Below, piece after piece: positions 46,871-59,199 of a stretch of 64,000 nt of DNA (its first letter is position 1; each line of letters begins with the position of its first letter). A program made the position numbers and the translations under genes. Origin of the DNA: Camelus ferus (taxonomy: Eukaryota); NCBI RefSeq assembly GCF_009834535.1, contig NC_045696.1, positions 63,180,001-63,244,000 of the forward strand. Direction: 5' to 3'. The notes beneath the pieces are model-generated. The model saw nothing but the letters and a program-made list of their open reading frames with translations, did no database searches and was not told the DNA's origin.

Positions 46871-49800
46871 GAGGAAATAAAGGCTTGGTAACCTGGCTAC
46901 CTGCCCCATGGCCCAGGCTAATGGAATAGGAAGTAGAATTCAGCAGAACTGTGGGAGGTAAAAAGGTCATTTGTGGGCTGTCTTGGGAACCTGGTCACTG
47001 TTTTCCTTATGACAGTGTATATTTCAAATACATTTTATTTCAGATGAATTTTTGGAAAACAGATTATGCTGCCCGCATGTCACTCCACGCTTGACTAAAT
47101 AAAGTAGATAATGCTAGTAGAAGTATTTAGTCAACTAAAAATCCCTGTACAAATATCAGTTACTATTATTGTGGTTGACATTGTACCCAAATACATTGAT
47201 TATTATTATTATTTTTTAATCCTGGATAGTGGATTACAGAATGACCATAGGAAAGGAGGACATTTAGGTTTCTATGATGGTTGTACCATGAATAAGGCCA
47301 GTATCCTCTTCCACAACAATTTGAAGTGCTGTATTATTGAGATATTTGTTAAATGTAGATGTTAAGGGCTTTGTACTTCCTTTTTATGCTGAGTCAACAT
47401 GGGTAGGTCTCAAATTGGGGAAAAAGGAGTAAAGTGGAAAAAGACAAATCCACATAATTTTAAAAAGCTGATCCAAGTGCCTGTCAGTTAAAGTTGTAAA
47501 TTTGCAGGATTGTACTTTTTGTGTAGAATGGTTTTCTGGTGATTTTGTGCTTCTTTACGGTTGGGTCTTCATAACATTTGAAAGAATGAACTGTGAGCCA
47601 TGCTGTAGTATATAGATCATGAGTAAAAGCAATTTTGTTTTCTTGCACATGTAATACAGTAATCCTGAAGTGAACTATGCTGAGTTAATGAAGAAAAATT
47701 ATTTTGAGTTTTGTTGTTAATAAGAAAGATGAGTAAGTATCTCTGGAGTCTCCGTGTGACTCCTTAACATGCTGAAGACTTAGAAGTATAATTCTCTGGA
47801 AAATCCTCCTGTTCTTCCGTCTTGTTTTTTTTCTTCTCTGCTCTTTCCTATTCCCCCACCCCTCCTCATCCTAGTCCTTTCTTTCCACTCTGCTTCTCTG
47901 TTTTGATCTTTTGTGTGTGTGTGCAAATGATTACTTTTTGTTTCAATATTCAACTCCAGTGTAATACTTTTGAATACTTTTAGTCATCGATTTAAACTCA
48001 GCATTGTCTGCCAACAGTGCACTTTCCTCGACTGAAATGATGATGCTATGAACAGTTGACACCAGCTTTGAGCATTGACCACTGCCTCACCACCAACTGC
48101 AGCAGTAAGGTTTCATCTAAGCTGCATCCTGATTTTAACTATGCTAAAATGTGGAAAGTATGAGTGTTAGAATTAATGAATGTTTAGATTTCAAAGACCA
48201 TCTTTTAAATTGCTGATTGAAATGTCAAACAAGTTATTAGAGACTTGGATATAGGCACATGTGACATGGATTTCTATTTGGGATTGTTGGATCAAAGAGT
48301 GTGAAGTATGTGGCAGATTTAAATTTTCATATACTGTCAGTTGGTTTCTCACAAAGCTAGTACAGAGTCACTCTTACAGCCATGTATAAAGGTTCTCCTT
48401 ATATTTTTTCTTTGTGCTGGTTTAATGGGAAAGTAATGTTTCACCACATAATTTCCTACTTTACTTCATCTTGTTCTCTGATAGGATCATGTGCTCTTTA
48501 ATTGTCACTTGTTCTACAACATTGTAAGTTCCCTAAATTCTAGTCTCAGGTGATTGTGAATTTGGGAGTAATCTTTATAGAGGGAGTAATACACCTGTCT
48601 TCCCCTCATTATCATTTGTTTTGTGTTTATTGCATGTCTTCTTTTTCCACTGAGACACATGCAACAGAAGTTCTATTATAAGCAACTCCTACTTTCTCAT
48701 ATTAATATTTCCATTGGTACTAAAAAAAATCTATATATAATTTCTCATTTTCAATCATTCTTGATCAGTGACTGCCCTGTTAAGTGTTGTGAAAACTGTC
48801 AGCCTCTTCTTACCAGTGTTGGAATGTCACCTAGTGGTGACAGAGTGCAACAGCAGGCTGTATACACAGGCAGTACTTGCAGAGGTCAAAAACTAATGGT
48901 TGGAATGAATCATGAATTATTACAACTGTATCATTTTAGTGGAGAATTTGAAACCAGGATGGTAAAGGAACTTGTGAAACAGTTCATGTTGAATTAACTG
49001 ACATTTAAGAACAAGTTAAAGCTGACTCTTGACTTCTGTACTGTTTTTTTGTATTTGGGTGGTAACGTTGTATATCCCCTATTCTTCCTAATACAGTAAC
49101 GAACATGGCATATGTGCTTACTTAATACTTATAGATGAATTAGTTTGATAAAATAATTTAGAATTTGCTGCTGCTTATGCTGTGTCACTGACTAGTACTT
49201 ATTATCCTCAGTGGAGCTGAAGTATGGAAGAGATATAAAAATGAAAACAGTCAACTGTAGCTTCCCAGAAATGTGCTTGTTTAAAGGAGCCTTCACAATG
49301 GCTCCTTTCCCTTGTCTGGGGTAAAGTAAGAGTAAGAGTGAGATCCAGGCAGAGAGAATGGGATGCTGTGATGGAGCAGTGTGGAGTGCTTTGGTGGTTC
49401 CTGTAAGTTCAGGCCTACAGTTGGCCATATGTGGTACAATTGCAAGTGTGTACATATACTCAGTCTTCCTTCTTTCTCTTCTTTTTTCTTTAACTGTTTT
49501 GAAATATTATTGCACGTAGATGAGAAAAGCATTCAAAAAGCACTCAAGTCTCCCTTATTCCCAAACCCACGCGTTGTCACCCTGGTAGCCATATTTTATA
49601 GATATATTTAGCCTTTGTTTGTCTTAGGGGTGGCTGCCAGTTTTCTTTCTAGGCCTTTTGGGGCCATTTTTGAATATTCATTCTTTAGGACTGGTCTTGT
49701 CACAATGAGCCTTTCCACTATTTTTAATTGTCTACTATAGCATTTTTCATAATAGGTGGTAAGATTTTGAAATCAATCTAGCAGTTATAACACTTTCATA

Positions 49801-52800
49801 ACTCTCAGGCCTTTAGTGTGGAGTTTTGAAAAGTCTCATACATGAGAAAGATTCAAGGGGAAGTATAAAAGTTTTAAGATCAAAGTAACTTGAATCAATG
49901 AAAAAAATCTCTCATGTTAAGTAGACAAGCTTTATTTAATTATGCAAACTTAATTATGTTGTATATAAATGACTTATTTTACTCATTTCTTTTTTTTATA
50001 AAGAATAAAACATAGATACTACTTGTCAGGCCAAAGGTACCTTCTTCTATTTTTTACTGATTAAAACTATACAATTAACTATAATACTCAAAGCCATTAT
50101 TTTCTCTAATGATAGTCTTATGACATGGAGTTTCTCTGAATAAAAGGGTTGATTTCTTTCTTTAAATAGTGTACATATAAAAGTGATAAAAATACATGCA
50201 AGTATGCTGGAGTGCAGGCTATTATAACTCTTAATGTTCTTCAGTTGAATCTAAGACAGATAATTGCATTATCTTTCCTAATTATAACTTATTTTTTTTT
50301 ATAGGTATCACATTGTTTTGTAACATACAAAAAAAGTATAATTATACAAAGACTACACTTTACAAATGTAAATACAGTTTTGGTTTGGTGTATATTGGAT
50401 ACAATGGTCTTCCTTAAGCCTAAACACAGAAACAAAAGCATGTATTATAAGAGAAAGTTCAAGATGGGAAGTGATAAAATGGGTATTGAGTAGAGCTTTG
50501 TTAAAACTTAGCTGGTATGCTTGTAAAATTTCCATGTATTCATTAAATTATATTATGTCATTCTTATTGTTAGGAGCTGACTTGAAGTGTTGAGTTTTGC
50601 CTTCGTGAGTTGTCACAGTTTGGTTATTGTATTTGGGAGGTTGAGATTTTTTTCACTCTTTTAACACAAATATTTATGTAGATATTAAGGTTGTACAGTG
50701 AGTAGAGTTAGTATTTTATATTTATTGGGGCACATCTTATTTCAATTGTAATTAAATTAAGGTCATTTAATTGCTGTAGTAGTTACAAATTTAAAAATAA
50801 AATAGTATTCTGAATGCTGGCTGTGCTGTTGATACTTCAGATCTTTAAAACACACTTTGCTTTGTGGTGCTGAAAGATGGGTTTATCAAATCTTTATTTA
50901 ACATGCATAGGTATGTTTAATTCTCAGGGAAAAAAACCTAGAACTACAAAACAAAGTGGGATGATTCATTTTGTCTTTCAACTATACAAGGTGACCCAAA
51001 AGTTTCAGTGCATTTTTATATAAAAAATACTATTTGAGAACTTTTATACTTACTTAGTTCTGTGAATTTTGAATAATACATTTAAAATTTTTTTTCTTAC
51101 TTTAGTTTCCCAAAATTGGCAAATACCAATTAAAAAATTAAAAATACACAACTCAAAATTACTTAGAGGTTTTACTTGGGTTGAAGATCATTCTCTAAAT
51201 CACCTTGTGAAATTACCTACCTTGGAATTCTAGGCACATACATAGAATTTGCCTCAAAAGCCTCCACACATACTATTAGAATATTATTACAGCGCATGAG
51301 AAACGCAGGTTTTCCATGCTTGTTGAGGCCAACTCATCTTTTAGGAAATGAGGTCTGACTAACTCTTCGTCTGGATTCAAGACTGTACTTTAAATTGTTC
51401 TTAGTAATTATACAATGTGAAAAAAATGAGTAAACTTTCACAAAAATTAGCATCAGTTTTAGTGAGATTTATTCCTGATAGCTTCACTTTGTCTTGTGCT
51501 GCTGTTTTTACTCACACAAAAAATCAAGTTCATTGTAAATGCAAGGAAGGGTTTGGTTGAGCACAATAGCCTATAAGCTGCTTGCTGTTTAGATAACATC
51601 AAGGCTGTGGCGTGCACCGCGGAACTGGGACTTCAGCGTGCTAGCTGGATAGGACTTACTCAAGCAGTAGGAGCTCTGCAGTGGCAGTCAGATGGTAGGG
51701 GACAGAGCTTCTGAAAACCCATTTGAAATTGGTGAATTAAAAAACCCTAAATCTTAATATCTTAAATCATTTTGAAAGCAGCTCAAAAAGAACCAAAACA
51801 AGTATGTGGCAGAAAATTCTCATTTGAATGGATTTTTATGCTTAGTTTTATTTTATTTTTATTGTTAACAGTTGGCTTTTGAAAGCTCTGCTAATATCAG
51901 CTTTTGAAAGGAATGATGATATAGTGTTATTGGTAAGAAAATTTTATTTGTTGTTTGTGATCTAGGAATTGACTTGATTAAAAAACACATGAACTCAAGC
52001 AAACCACTGAAGTTATACTTCTGTAAGTTAAATGGATTTTACAAGCTTGATATTAATGCTTCAAATGTCTAATTGGATAAATGGTAGAATACTATTTAAT
52101 ATTTATTTTCATCTTGATAAGCAATGTATTTTGAAATATGTTTATATAGATTTTTATCTTCATGATGTCAGAAATGTTAAGAGCTTTTTACTTATGTACA
52201 TGTTTTTAACATTTAAATATTCATTTACAGTATGTATATGTTTTAAATGTGAGCTGTTGCAGTTGTTTCATTGGGTTTTACTGAAAGTTTATGTGAAAGG
52301 TGAATTCTTAGTAATTTCCTATGAAGTATAATATATTTAAAGAGAATAATAATTGGTGACTTTTAGAGCAACTTTTAATTTGAATTATTTAAATCATTTT
52401 TAATATTTCAGCTTTGGTAAAATTTAGTAAAACTTAAGAATTTTACCTTAAAAAATAAGCTAAATTTTAGAGAAATAACCCTTGTAAAAAGAGCAATGAT
52501 ATAATATGGTCAAGAATTGTTTAGAGAAGTATGAAAATAGATTGTTATAGGCAGTGTACCATGTGTGTATCTCATTTAAAATTAACAGGAGTATTTTTTG
52601 CTGTGGTCAGTTTTTAAGTGTAGAAGATAAGATGAAAATATAGTTATCTCAGACTAATGTGAACTCTATCTATCAAGAGATATTTGGGGAAAAGATTTTA
52701 AATATTTATGAGTATATGGAATGAAAGAAAACATTACATTTTAATGGTAATTCTTTTTCTAAAACTGTGAAAAGAATGTTTATCTACAGATATATTCTGC

Positions 52801-53059
52801 ATTGAAAAATTAGGATTTACAAAAATGGGGAAGTACATCTATATTTCTAGGCAATGGATAAAAGACAAGAGTGAAGAAGAGTTAGATTCTAAACCCAGAA
52901 GTAAGAGTTTATAGATAATACATGGTACGTAATAGGTTGTCAGTGGATTTGGGACTCAGAGGCAGAGTCCTCAAGATTTATAGCCCTTGGTGCTAGGAAG
53001 GACTATTCTCTGAAAATTTTCTTCTATCTGAGAACTTCAGATGGGTGGCTATTTCATTT

Positions 53060-53878
53060 ATTTTAAAAAAACTTTCTATTGTGGACAGTTTATACATATT
53101 AAAGAGTAGAAAAATTAGTATAATAAACTCTCATGGACCCATCACTCAGCTTTTAACTCAGCTTTAGCAGTTATCAACTCATGGCCATCCCCTAATGGAT
53201 AAAGAGATTAAAATTTTTTTTTCTTTTAGTTTTTTATTTGGAAGTAAGTTCAAACTTGCAGAAAAGTAGGTATGTTTGTGTAAAGTTGTTTGTTAGGTTC
53301 CTTGATTATCCTTCTGATATCTGCATAGGCTCTCTTATTCCTGATATTGGTAATTTGTGCCCCCTACCCCTTCTCTTTGAGTTTATCTAGAAATGATCAA
53401 TTTATTGATGTCAGAGAACTAGCTTTTGGTTTCATTGCTTTTTCTTCATTTTCCTGGTTTTTAATTTTTATTTATTTCTTCTCTGAATTTAAGTATTTCC
53501 CTTAAGTGTTTGCTCTGGGTATAATTTGGTCTTTTTCTGCTTTCTTAAGAACCTTACTTAAAAAAAAAAGAACCTTTTAGGAGTATACTTTGATTTATTT
53601 ATTTTTCCTATCTGAGGACTACTTTTGACATTTTTTTTTGCAGTGTAGTTTTGCTGCTGATGAATTTTTTTCCATCTTTATATCTGAAAAAGCCTTTTAT
53701 TTCACCTTTGATTTTAGGAGATATTTTTGCTAGGTATAGAATTCTCAGAATAGGTTCTTCTTAGTACTTCAAAGATGTTGCCTCTGTGTCTTTTTACCTG
53801 CATTCTTTTTAGCGAGATATTTAATGTCATTTTAAAAATCTTACTTTGAATGTGACGTGTCTTTTTTCTCTGCCTCCA

Positions 53879-53910
<32 letters not shown>

Positions 53911-55430
53911 CATCACAGATTTTGAGCAGTTTGATATACCTTGGTGTAATCTCTTAATGTTTCTTCGTTTGATGTTAGTGGGACTTCTTGGATCTGTGGG
54001 TTCATAGTGTTTTGTCTAATCAAGAAATTTTAGGGCCATTATGTAATTACATATTTTTTGCCCCTCCTGTCTTACATGTGTGCATGTCAGGCTACTTGAG
54101 GCTGTCTCACAGCTCACTGATGCTGTTATGTTTGTTTTTTCACCCTCTATTCTTTTTTTCCTCTCTATTTAAAAATTTTTGGATATTTCTGTTACTGTGT
54201 CTTCGAGTTCATTGATTTTTTTCCCCCTGTAATGTCTAATCTTCTGTTAATCCCATCTAGTATATTTTTCATCTTAGACCCTGTACTTTTTATTTTATGT
54301 TCAAGTAAGTTCTTTATATCTTTCATGTCTCTGCTTCACGTGTTCAGTCTTCCTCTTGCTTTTTGAACATATGGACTATAGTTACAACAGGTTTTTTAAT
54401 TGAAGTAATAGTTTACAAGTGTTAATTTCTGGTATATGGCATAGTGGTTCAGTTATACATATATATTCCTTTTCATATTCCTTTTCATTATAGGCTATTA
54501 TAAGTTATTGAATATAGTTCCCTGTGCTATACAGTAGGCCCTTATTCTTTATCTATTACAACAGTTGTTTTAATGTTCTTGTCTAACAATTGTTACCTCT
54601 GTCAGTTCTATATCCTTTTCCGTCCATTGATTTTTCTCATGGTGGGTTGTATTTTCTTGCTTCTTTGTATGTCTGTTAAGTTTTAATTGGATGTCAGACA
54701 TTGTAACTAGATATTTGGTATTCCTATAACTCTCTTTGAACCATCTCCTGTGAAGCAGTTAAGTTACTTGGAAACAACTTTATTCTTTCAAGTCTTAAAA
54801 GCTTTGCTAGGCAGGGCCAGAATGGCTTTTGGTTTAGGGCTAATTTGAACCCACTACTGAAGCAAGACCCTCTGAGTACTCCCCCTGATTCCATGCAGCT
54901 CATGAAGTTTACCACTGTGGTTGGTGGGAACAGGCACTCTTCCCAGCTCCGTGTGAGCCTGTTGCATTTTTCTCCTAATCCTTTTGGTGGCTTTCCCCCT
55001 GGTCTTGGTAGTTTCATCACACACAAGTGCTAATCAGTAATTCAGCAGGAGACTTGAGAAGGGACCACCATGCAGATTTTCAGTGTTCCTTCTCTGTACA
55101 GATCTCTCCTCTGGTGATGTGCCCTGCGAACCAAGTCACTTTGGTGCCTCCCCACACTCCCAGCTTCAACTCACGAGGCTGCTGGGCTCCCCCTGGGTTC
55201 CCTGTCCTACATTTTTTTTTTTTTAATCCTGTAAATTATTCAGTTTGTGAACTGGGACAATTTTAGAGCTCACCTAGATGCTTCCCATTCCTGTATCAGT
55301 TTCTTTCACTGTCTGACATCCAGTTCCTTGAAGACTACAGTTTTATATATTTTATCCATTTTGTTGTTTTAGGCAGGAAGGCCAGTCTGTTCCGTGTTTT
55401 TCCATCTCAGTTGGAAGCAGAAGTCTCTCC
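53060..55430 (-). mobile_element. Composite of old L1 fragments, including a younger L1 3' end at ~54392-54555
   Basis: GATATTTTTGCTAGGTATAGAATTC, CTTCTTGGATCTGTGGGTT and GAATATAGTTCCCTGTGCTATACAGTAGG. Confidence 0.75.
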
Positions 55431-56034
55431 ATTTAAGAATTTGAGGTACTTCCTCCTCTCAAGAAATGTATTTTAGATAATGGTGGGAACTGGGGATCAG
55501 AATTGTATGTTTTGGTTATTAAAATGGCTCTGGTGAATCCTGAGTAATGATCCTTAGATTCAGTCCAGAACTTAATGAAGAACCACAGCTTAAAGGTTAA
55601 GAACCCCAGACTGGGTTCTTTAGTGGGGACAGTGTCAGGGCAGAGTTCCTTTGCCTTATTACCCTTTGGAGGTAGGCATGTGCACATTTGAAACCTTGCA
55701 GAATTGGACTATACTTTACAGGTTCAGGCAACAGCTGATCTTTTCTACAGGGAAAGAGGTTGGACTTGCTTATTCTCCCCATAGTTCATAGCAAGGTGAA
55801 TAGCCCTTGCGAATAACTGCCACCTGGAGTTGCACTGATTTGATAGAACAGTCTTGCAGTGGTGCAGTGACTCTAGTGTTGTGCTTCTCAGGGCTGTAAC
55901 ACTACCCTAGACTGAGAAGAAGTTGTTGCTAAATTGCCTAAAAGTTTTTGTTTGATAATATGACTTGTTTTCCTCTGAGAAACAAGATACCCCTGAGGCT
56001 TCTTTTCCAAGATGACACCAAGTCAAGTATGTTT

Positions 56035-56058
56035 TGTGTGTGTGTGTGTGTGTGTGTG
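56035..56058. repeat. (TG)n microsatellite
   Basis: About 12 TG units. Confidence 0.9.
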
Positions 56059-56486
56059 TTTATGTTTGTAATCAAACTCTGGCATTTTATTTTTGTAGAA
56101 AGCCCTGACCCTACCTAGCCCTGACCCCACCTCCTGCGCTACCAGAAAGTAGAGAAACTTTGGGTGCCCAGGCAGGAGGCATCAGTATTTTTTATTGGTC
56201 ATTTTGTTGGTGACATAGCCAAGAGATTTCAGTAGTCTTATGGGGGATTAGTTTGAAAGCCTGCAGTTGGTTTTTACTTGCTATTAATTCATATCATGTA
56301 AATGTTACATAGCTATTGCTGTCTTAGCACAAATTCTTTATTCAGTCATTCATTCAGCAAGTATTTTTTGAGTGCTTACCATGTGTCAGGCCTGTGATAT
56401 ACACTGGACAGATGAGTAGTGGTATAACAACTGGAATTAGGAAGGTTATTCCCACTGTGTTCTGCAGTGGTCAGCCTCGTCTAAAG

Positions 56487-56745
56487 CAGTGGCTCTCAAA
56501 CTCTTGGGCTCAGGGCTCAGACCCTTTTACATTTTTGAAAATTATTGTGAACTCTAAGGAGCTTTTGTTTATGTGGGTTATATCTATTATTGCCACATTA
56601 GTTACAGATATTTAAGAGTATTAATTTGATAGAACAGTAATCGACCATTACATGTTAATTAACATTTTCCCCAAAAACATGTATTTTCCAAAAGCCAAAA
56701 AAAAAGAAAAAAGAAAAACTGGCATTGTTTTACATTTTTCAACTT
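56487..56745. mobile_element. Charlie1-like hAT fragment
   Basis: CAGTGGCTCTCAAACT..GACCCTTTTACA..AAAATTATTG..GAGCTTTTGTTTATGTGGGTTATATCTAT. Confidence 0.7.
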
Positions 56746-57295
56746 GAATGGGTAGCTGAGTGTCTAATATTTGAATTTACTCTCTTTTTTAGTATAGGAG
56801 AAAATTTTTGTCAGTAAGTTTTCTCCTAGACAAACATCATAGTTAGTCCAAAACAGTAAGATTGCTTAGTGGACTTGGATCGGAATGGGACAGTCAATTG
56901 AGTGGTTTCCAGTAGGGGTACCCCTGCTGTAGGGATTGACAGTTGGCCAGGGATTGTCATTCATGTGTGAAGTGCTCAGTGGATGAGTCTGGGGGAGTGA
57001 AAAAGGAAGATTCTGGCTATGGTAGTTTCTCTTAGAATTTAAATTGCTTTATAGCAAAGCTAGTGCCAGTATAAATTAATTAATGAAATATGCCAAGTTT
57101 TGTGGTTGGAAGTCATGCAGGTTCAGGAACTGGCACGGCATTGAAAACGTCATGGGACTCAGCAAACACTTCAGTAACTGCTTAAGATACCAGTTAAACT
57201 TGTATCAAAACAAGATTTCTGATAGCATGAAGTTATATGTATAGTTTACTAAGACACAAAATAATGTCCTAATATTTGTTCCTTTCTTCCCTCAG

Positions 57296-57343
57296 TTATC
57301 TTCAGTTGTTCTGAAGCACAAGACCTTTCCAACCACTGTAGAT
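57296..57343 (+). other. ATP13A3: 5' UTR part (48 nt) of the first coding exon
   Basis: Lies between the polypyrimidine-CAG acceptor (57293-57295) and ATG 57344. Confidence 0.8.
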
Positions 57344-57394
57344 ATGGACAAAGAAGAAAGGAGGACTATCAATCAGGGTCATGAAGATGAAATG
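57344..57394 (+). CDS. ATP13A3: ATP13A3 first coding exon (CDS part), MDKEERRTINQGHEDEM
   Basis: Acceptor cctttcttccctcag|57296, ATG at 57344, donor ATG|gtaacc. The 17 codons match the known ATP13A3 N-terminus. Confidence 0.96.
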
Positions 57395-57833
57395 GTAACC
57401 AGCTTTTATAATTTACTTGTAAAATGTGAAGAGTTTGTTTTTCTAGGGAGGTAGAAAACTACATTAAAAAACTGCTAAAATAGATATAGTGAAACAACGA
57501 CTAAATCAATCTTCATTCTGACTTGTGTTTTTTGAGCTGGGATTACGTAACATCTCTGGTTCTAGTACATTTCCTGTTTCACTTGTGAATGCTTAAAACT
57601 TACAGGAAAGAAGTATGTTGTTCCATTTGATAATTTAAGAAGTTACGTTAGCAAATACTTAACTATAATCTCAAATGCAAACCTTCTAATTTTGATTTAT
57701 TAAAAAATTTAAAATCAGCTTAATAAAAACTCACCTCTTTTTTTGTGGTGTGTGTGTGGGAAGATAGGATTGTCACTTTGGAATTTAACTCCTATCATTT
57801 GAAATTTAATCATGTGATGGCCTTGTCCTGAAG

Positions 57834-58007
57834 GAGATCTATGGCTATAATTTGTGTCGCTGGAAGCTTGCCGTCGTCTCTGTTGGAGTGGTGTGTACTG
57901 GGGGCTTTCTTCTCCTGCTCCTCTACTGGATGCCCGAATGGCGGGTGAAGGCGACCTGTGTTAGAGCTGCAGTTAAAGACTGTGAAGTGGTGCTGCTGAG
58001 GACTACT
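57834..58007 (+). CDS. ATP13A3: ATP13A3 coding exon 2, [58 protein letters not shown] (P5 N-terminal membrane-associated segment)
   Basis: aag|GAG ... ACT|gtaagt; 174 nt, phase 0/0; [16 protein letters not shown] is typical of P5B-ATPases. Confidence 0.97.
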
Positions 58008-58633
58008 GTAAGTCCACGTGTTTACCTGTAGCTAATGATTTGAGGAGTAAGATAATGTTGTTGTGTGTATTTTGTTCAAAATAAAATGTGAGGAGAATAT
58101 CACTGCTAGGATATAACGAGGAATACTAATCCTGGTATTTTTAAAGCATCTGCGCTTGAAGTGAATATTATCCCAGTGGGTAGAGTTTAAGGGAATCTTA
58201 AAGACGATCAAATCTACCCTCTTCTCTAGCTCTTGTTGCACTGAGAGGTTAGATGGACGGCTATTCTGTCCAGGTCACCTGACAGGACTGTATCCCAGAT
58301 CTCTTCTACTGTGTAGTGCTCCCACACCCCAGGTTCTTAGAAGAAATCCTGATTGGAAGCATTTTATAAGAGGCTCTAATATCTAGTCTTAGTATGTAGA
58401 TGGGTAAATTACGAAGTTACTCACAATCTTCTTAGATACTCTGTCGGTGAAGTGTAACATATAAAAAGCATTTGATGTTTGAATTTATGCATCTTCGTGG
58501 AATGGTTTAACATTTAGTAAATTGGAAGTGATATTTTCTCAATTAAAGATAAGTAAATACCATGTAAAGAATGGAAATAAATATATATAGTTATATAATA
58601 TGCATAATTGACTCTACCGTTTTCTCTTTTAAG

Positions 58634-58816
58634 GATGAATTCAGAACATGGTTTTGTGCAAAAATTCGCTTTCTTTCTGTGGAAACTCACCCATTTTCAA
58701 GTCCACAGTCTGTGGCTAATAAGATTTCAAGTGGCCGTGCGGTTCACTTACCTGAAAATCTGGCTGAAGAGAATAAAGTTGAGATGAGTAAATATTCACA
58801 GACTCAGTCACAACAG
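58634..58816 (+). CDS. ATP13A3: ATP13A3 coding exon 3, [20 protein letters not shown]...[10 protein letters not shown]
   Basis: tttctcttttaag|GAT ... CAG|gtattg; 183 nt, phase 0/0; lies inside ORF-track entry 58571..58825. Confidence 0.96.
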
Positions 58817-59079
58817 GTATTGTGACCTTAGTCTCGAAGTTTATTTAAAAACAAGAATTATTACATTTTATGCTATTACGGATAGTCTGTAATTTTGTAC
58901 TTACAGTTATTTTTGTTTGAGATAAAATTCTGTGCATATAAAATGCCTATTTGTCGTTGTATATAACACAGCTTAGTTATTTACTGTGAGAAGCAGATTA
59001 CATGTCATGTATATTTGCTTACATTTTAAATAATTGTTATCCCATATGCTAAATTTGTCTTAGTAAACTTAATTGTTAG

Positions 59080-59199
<120 letters not shown>

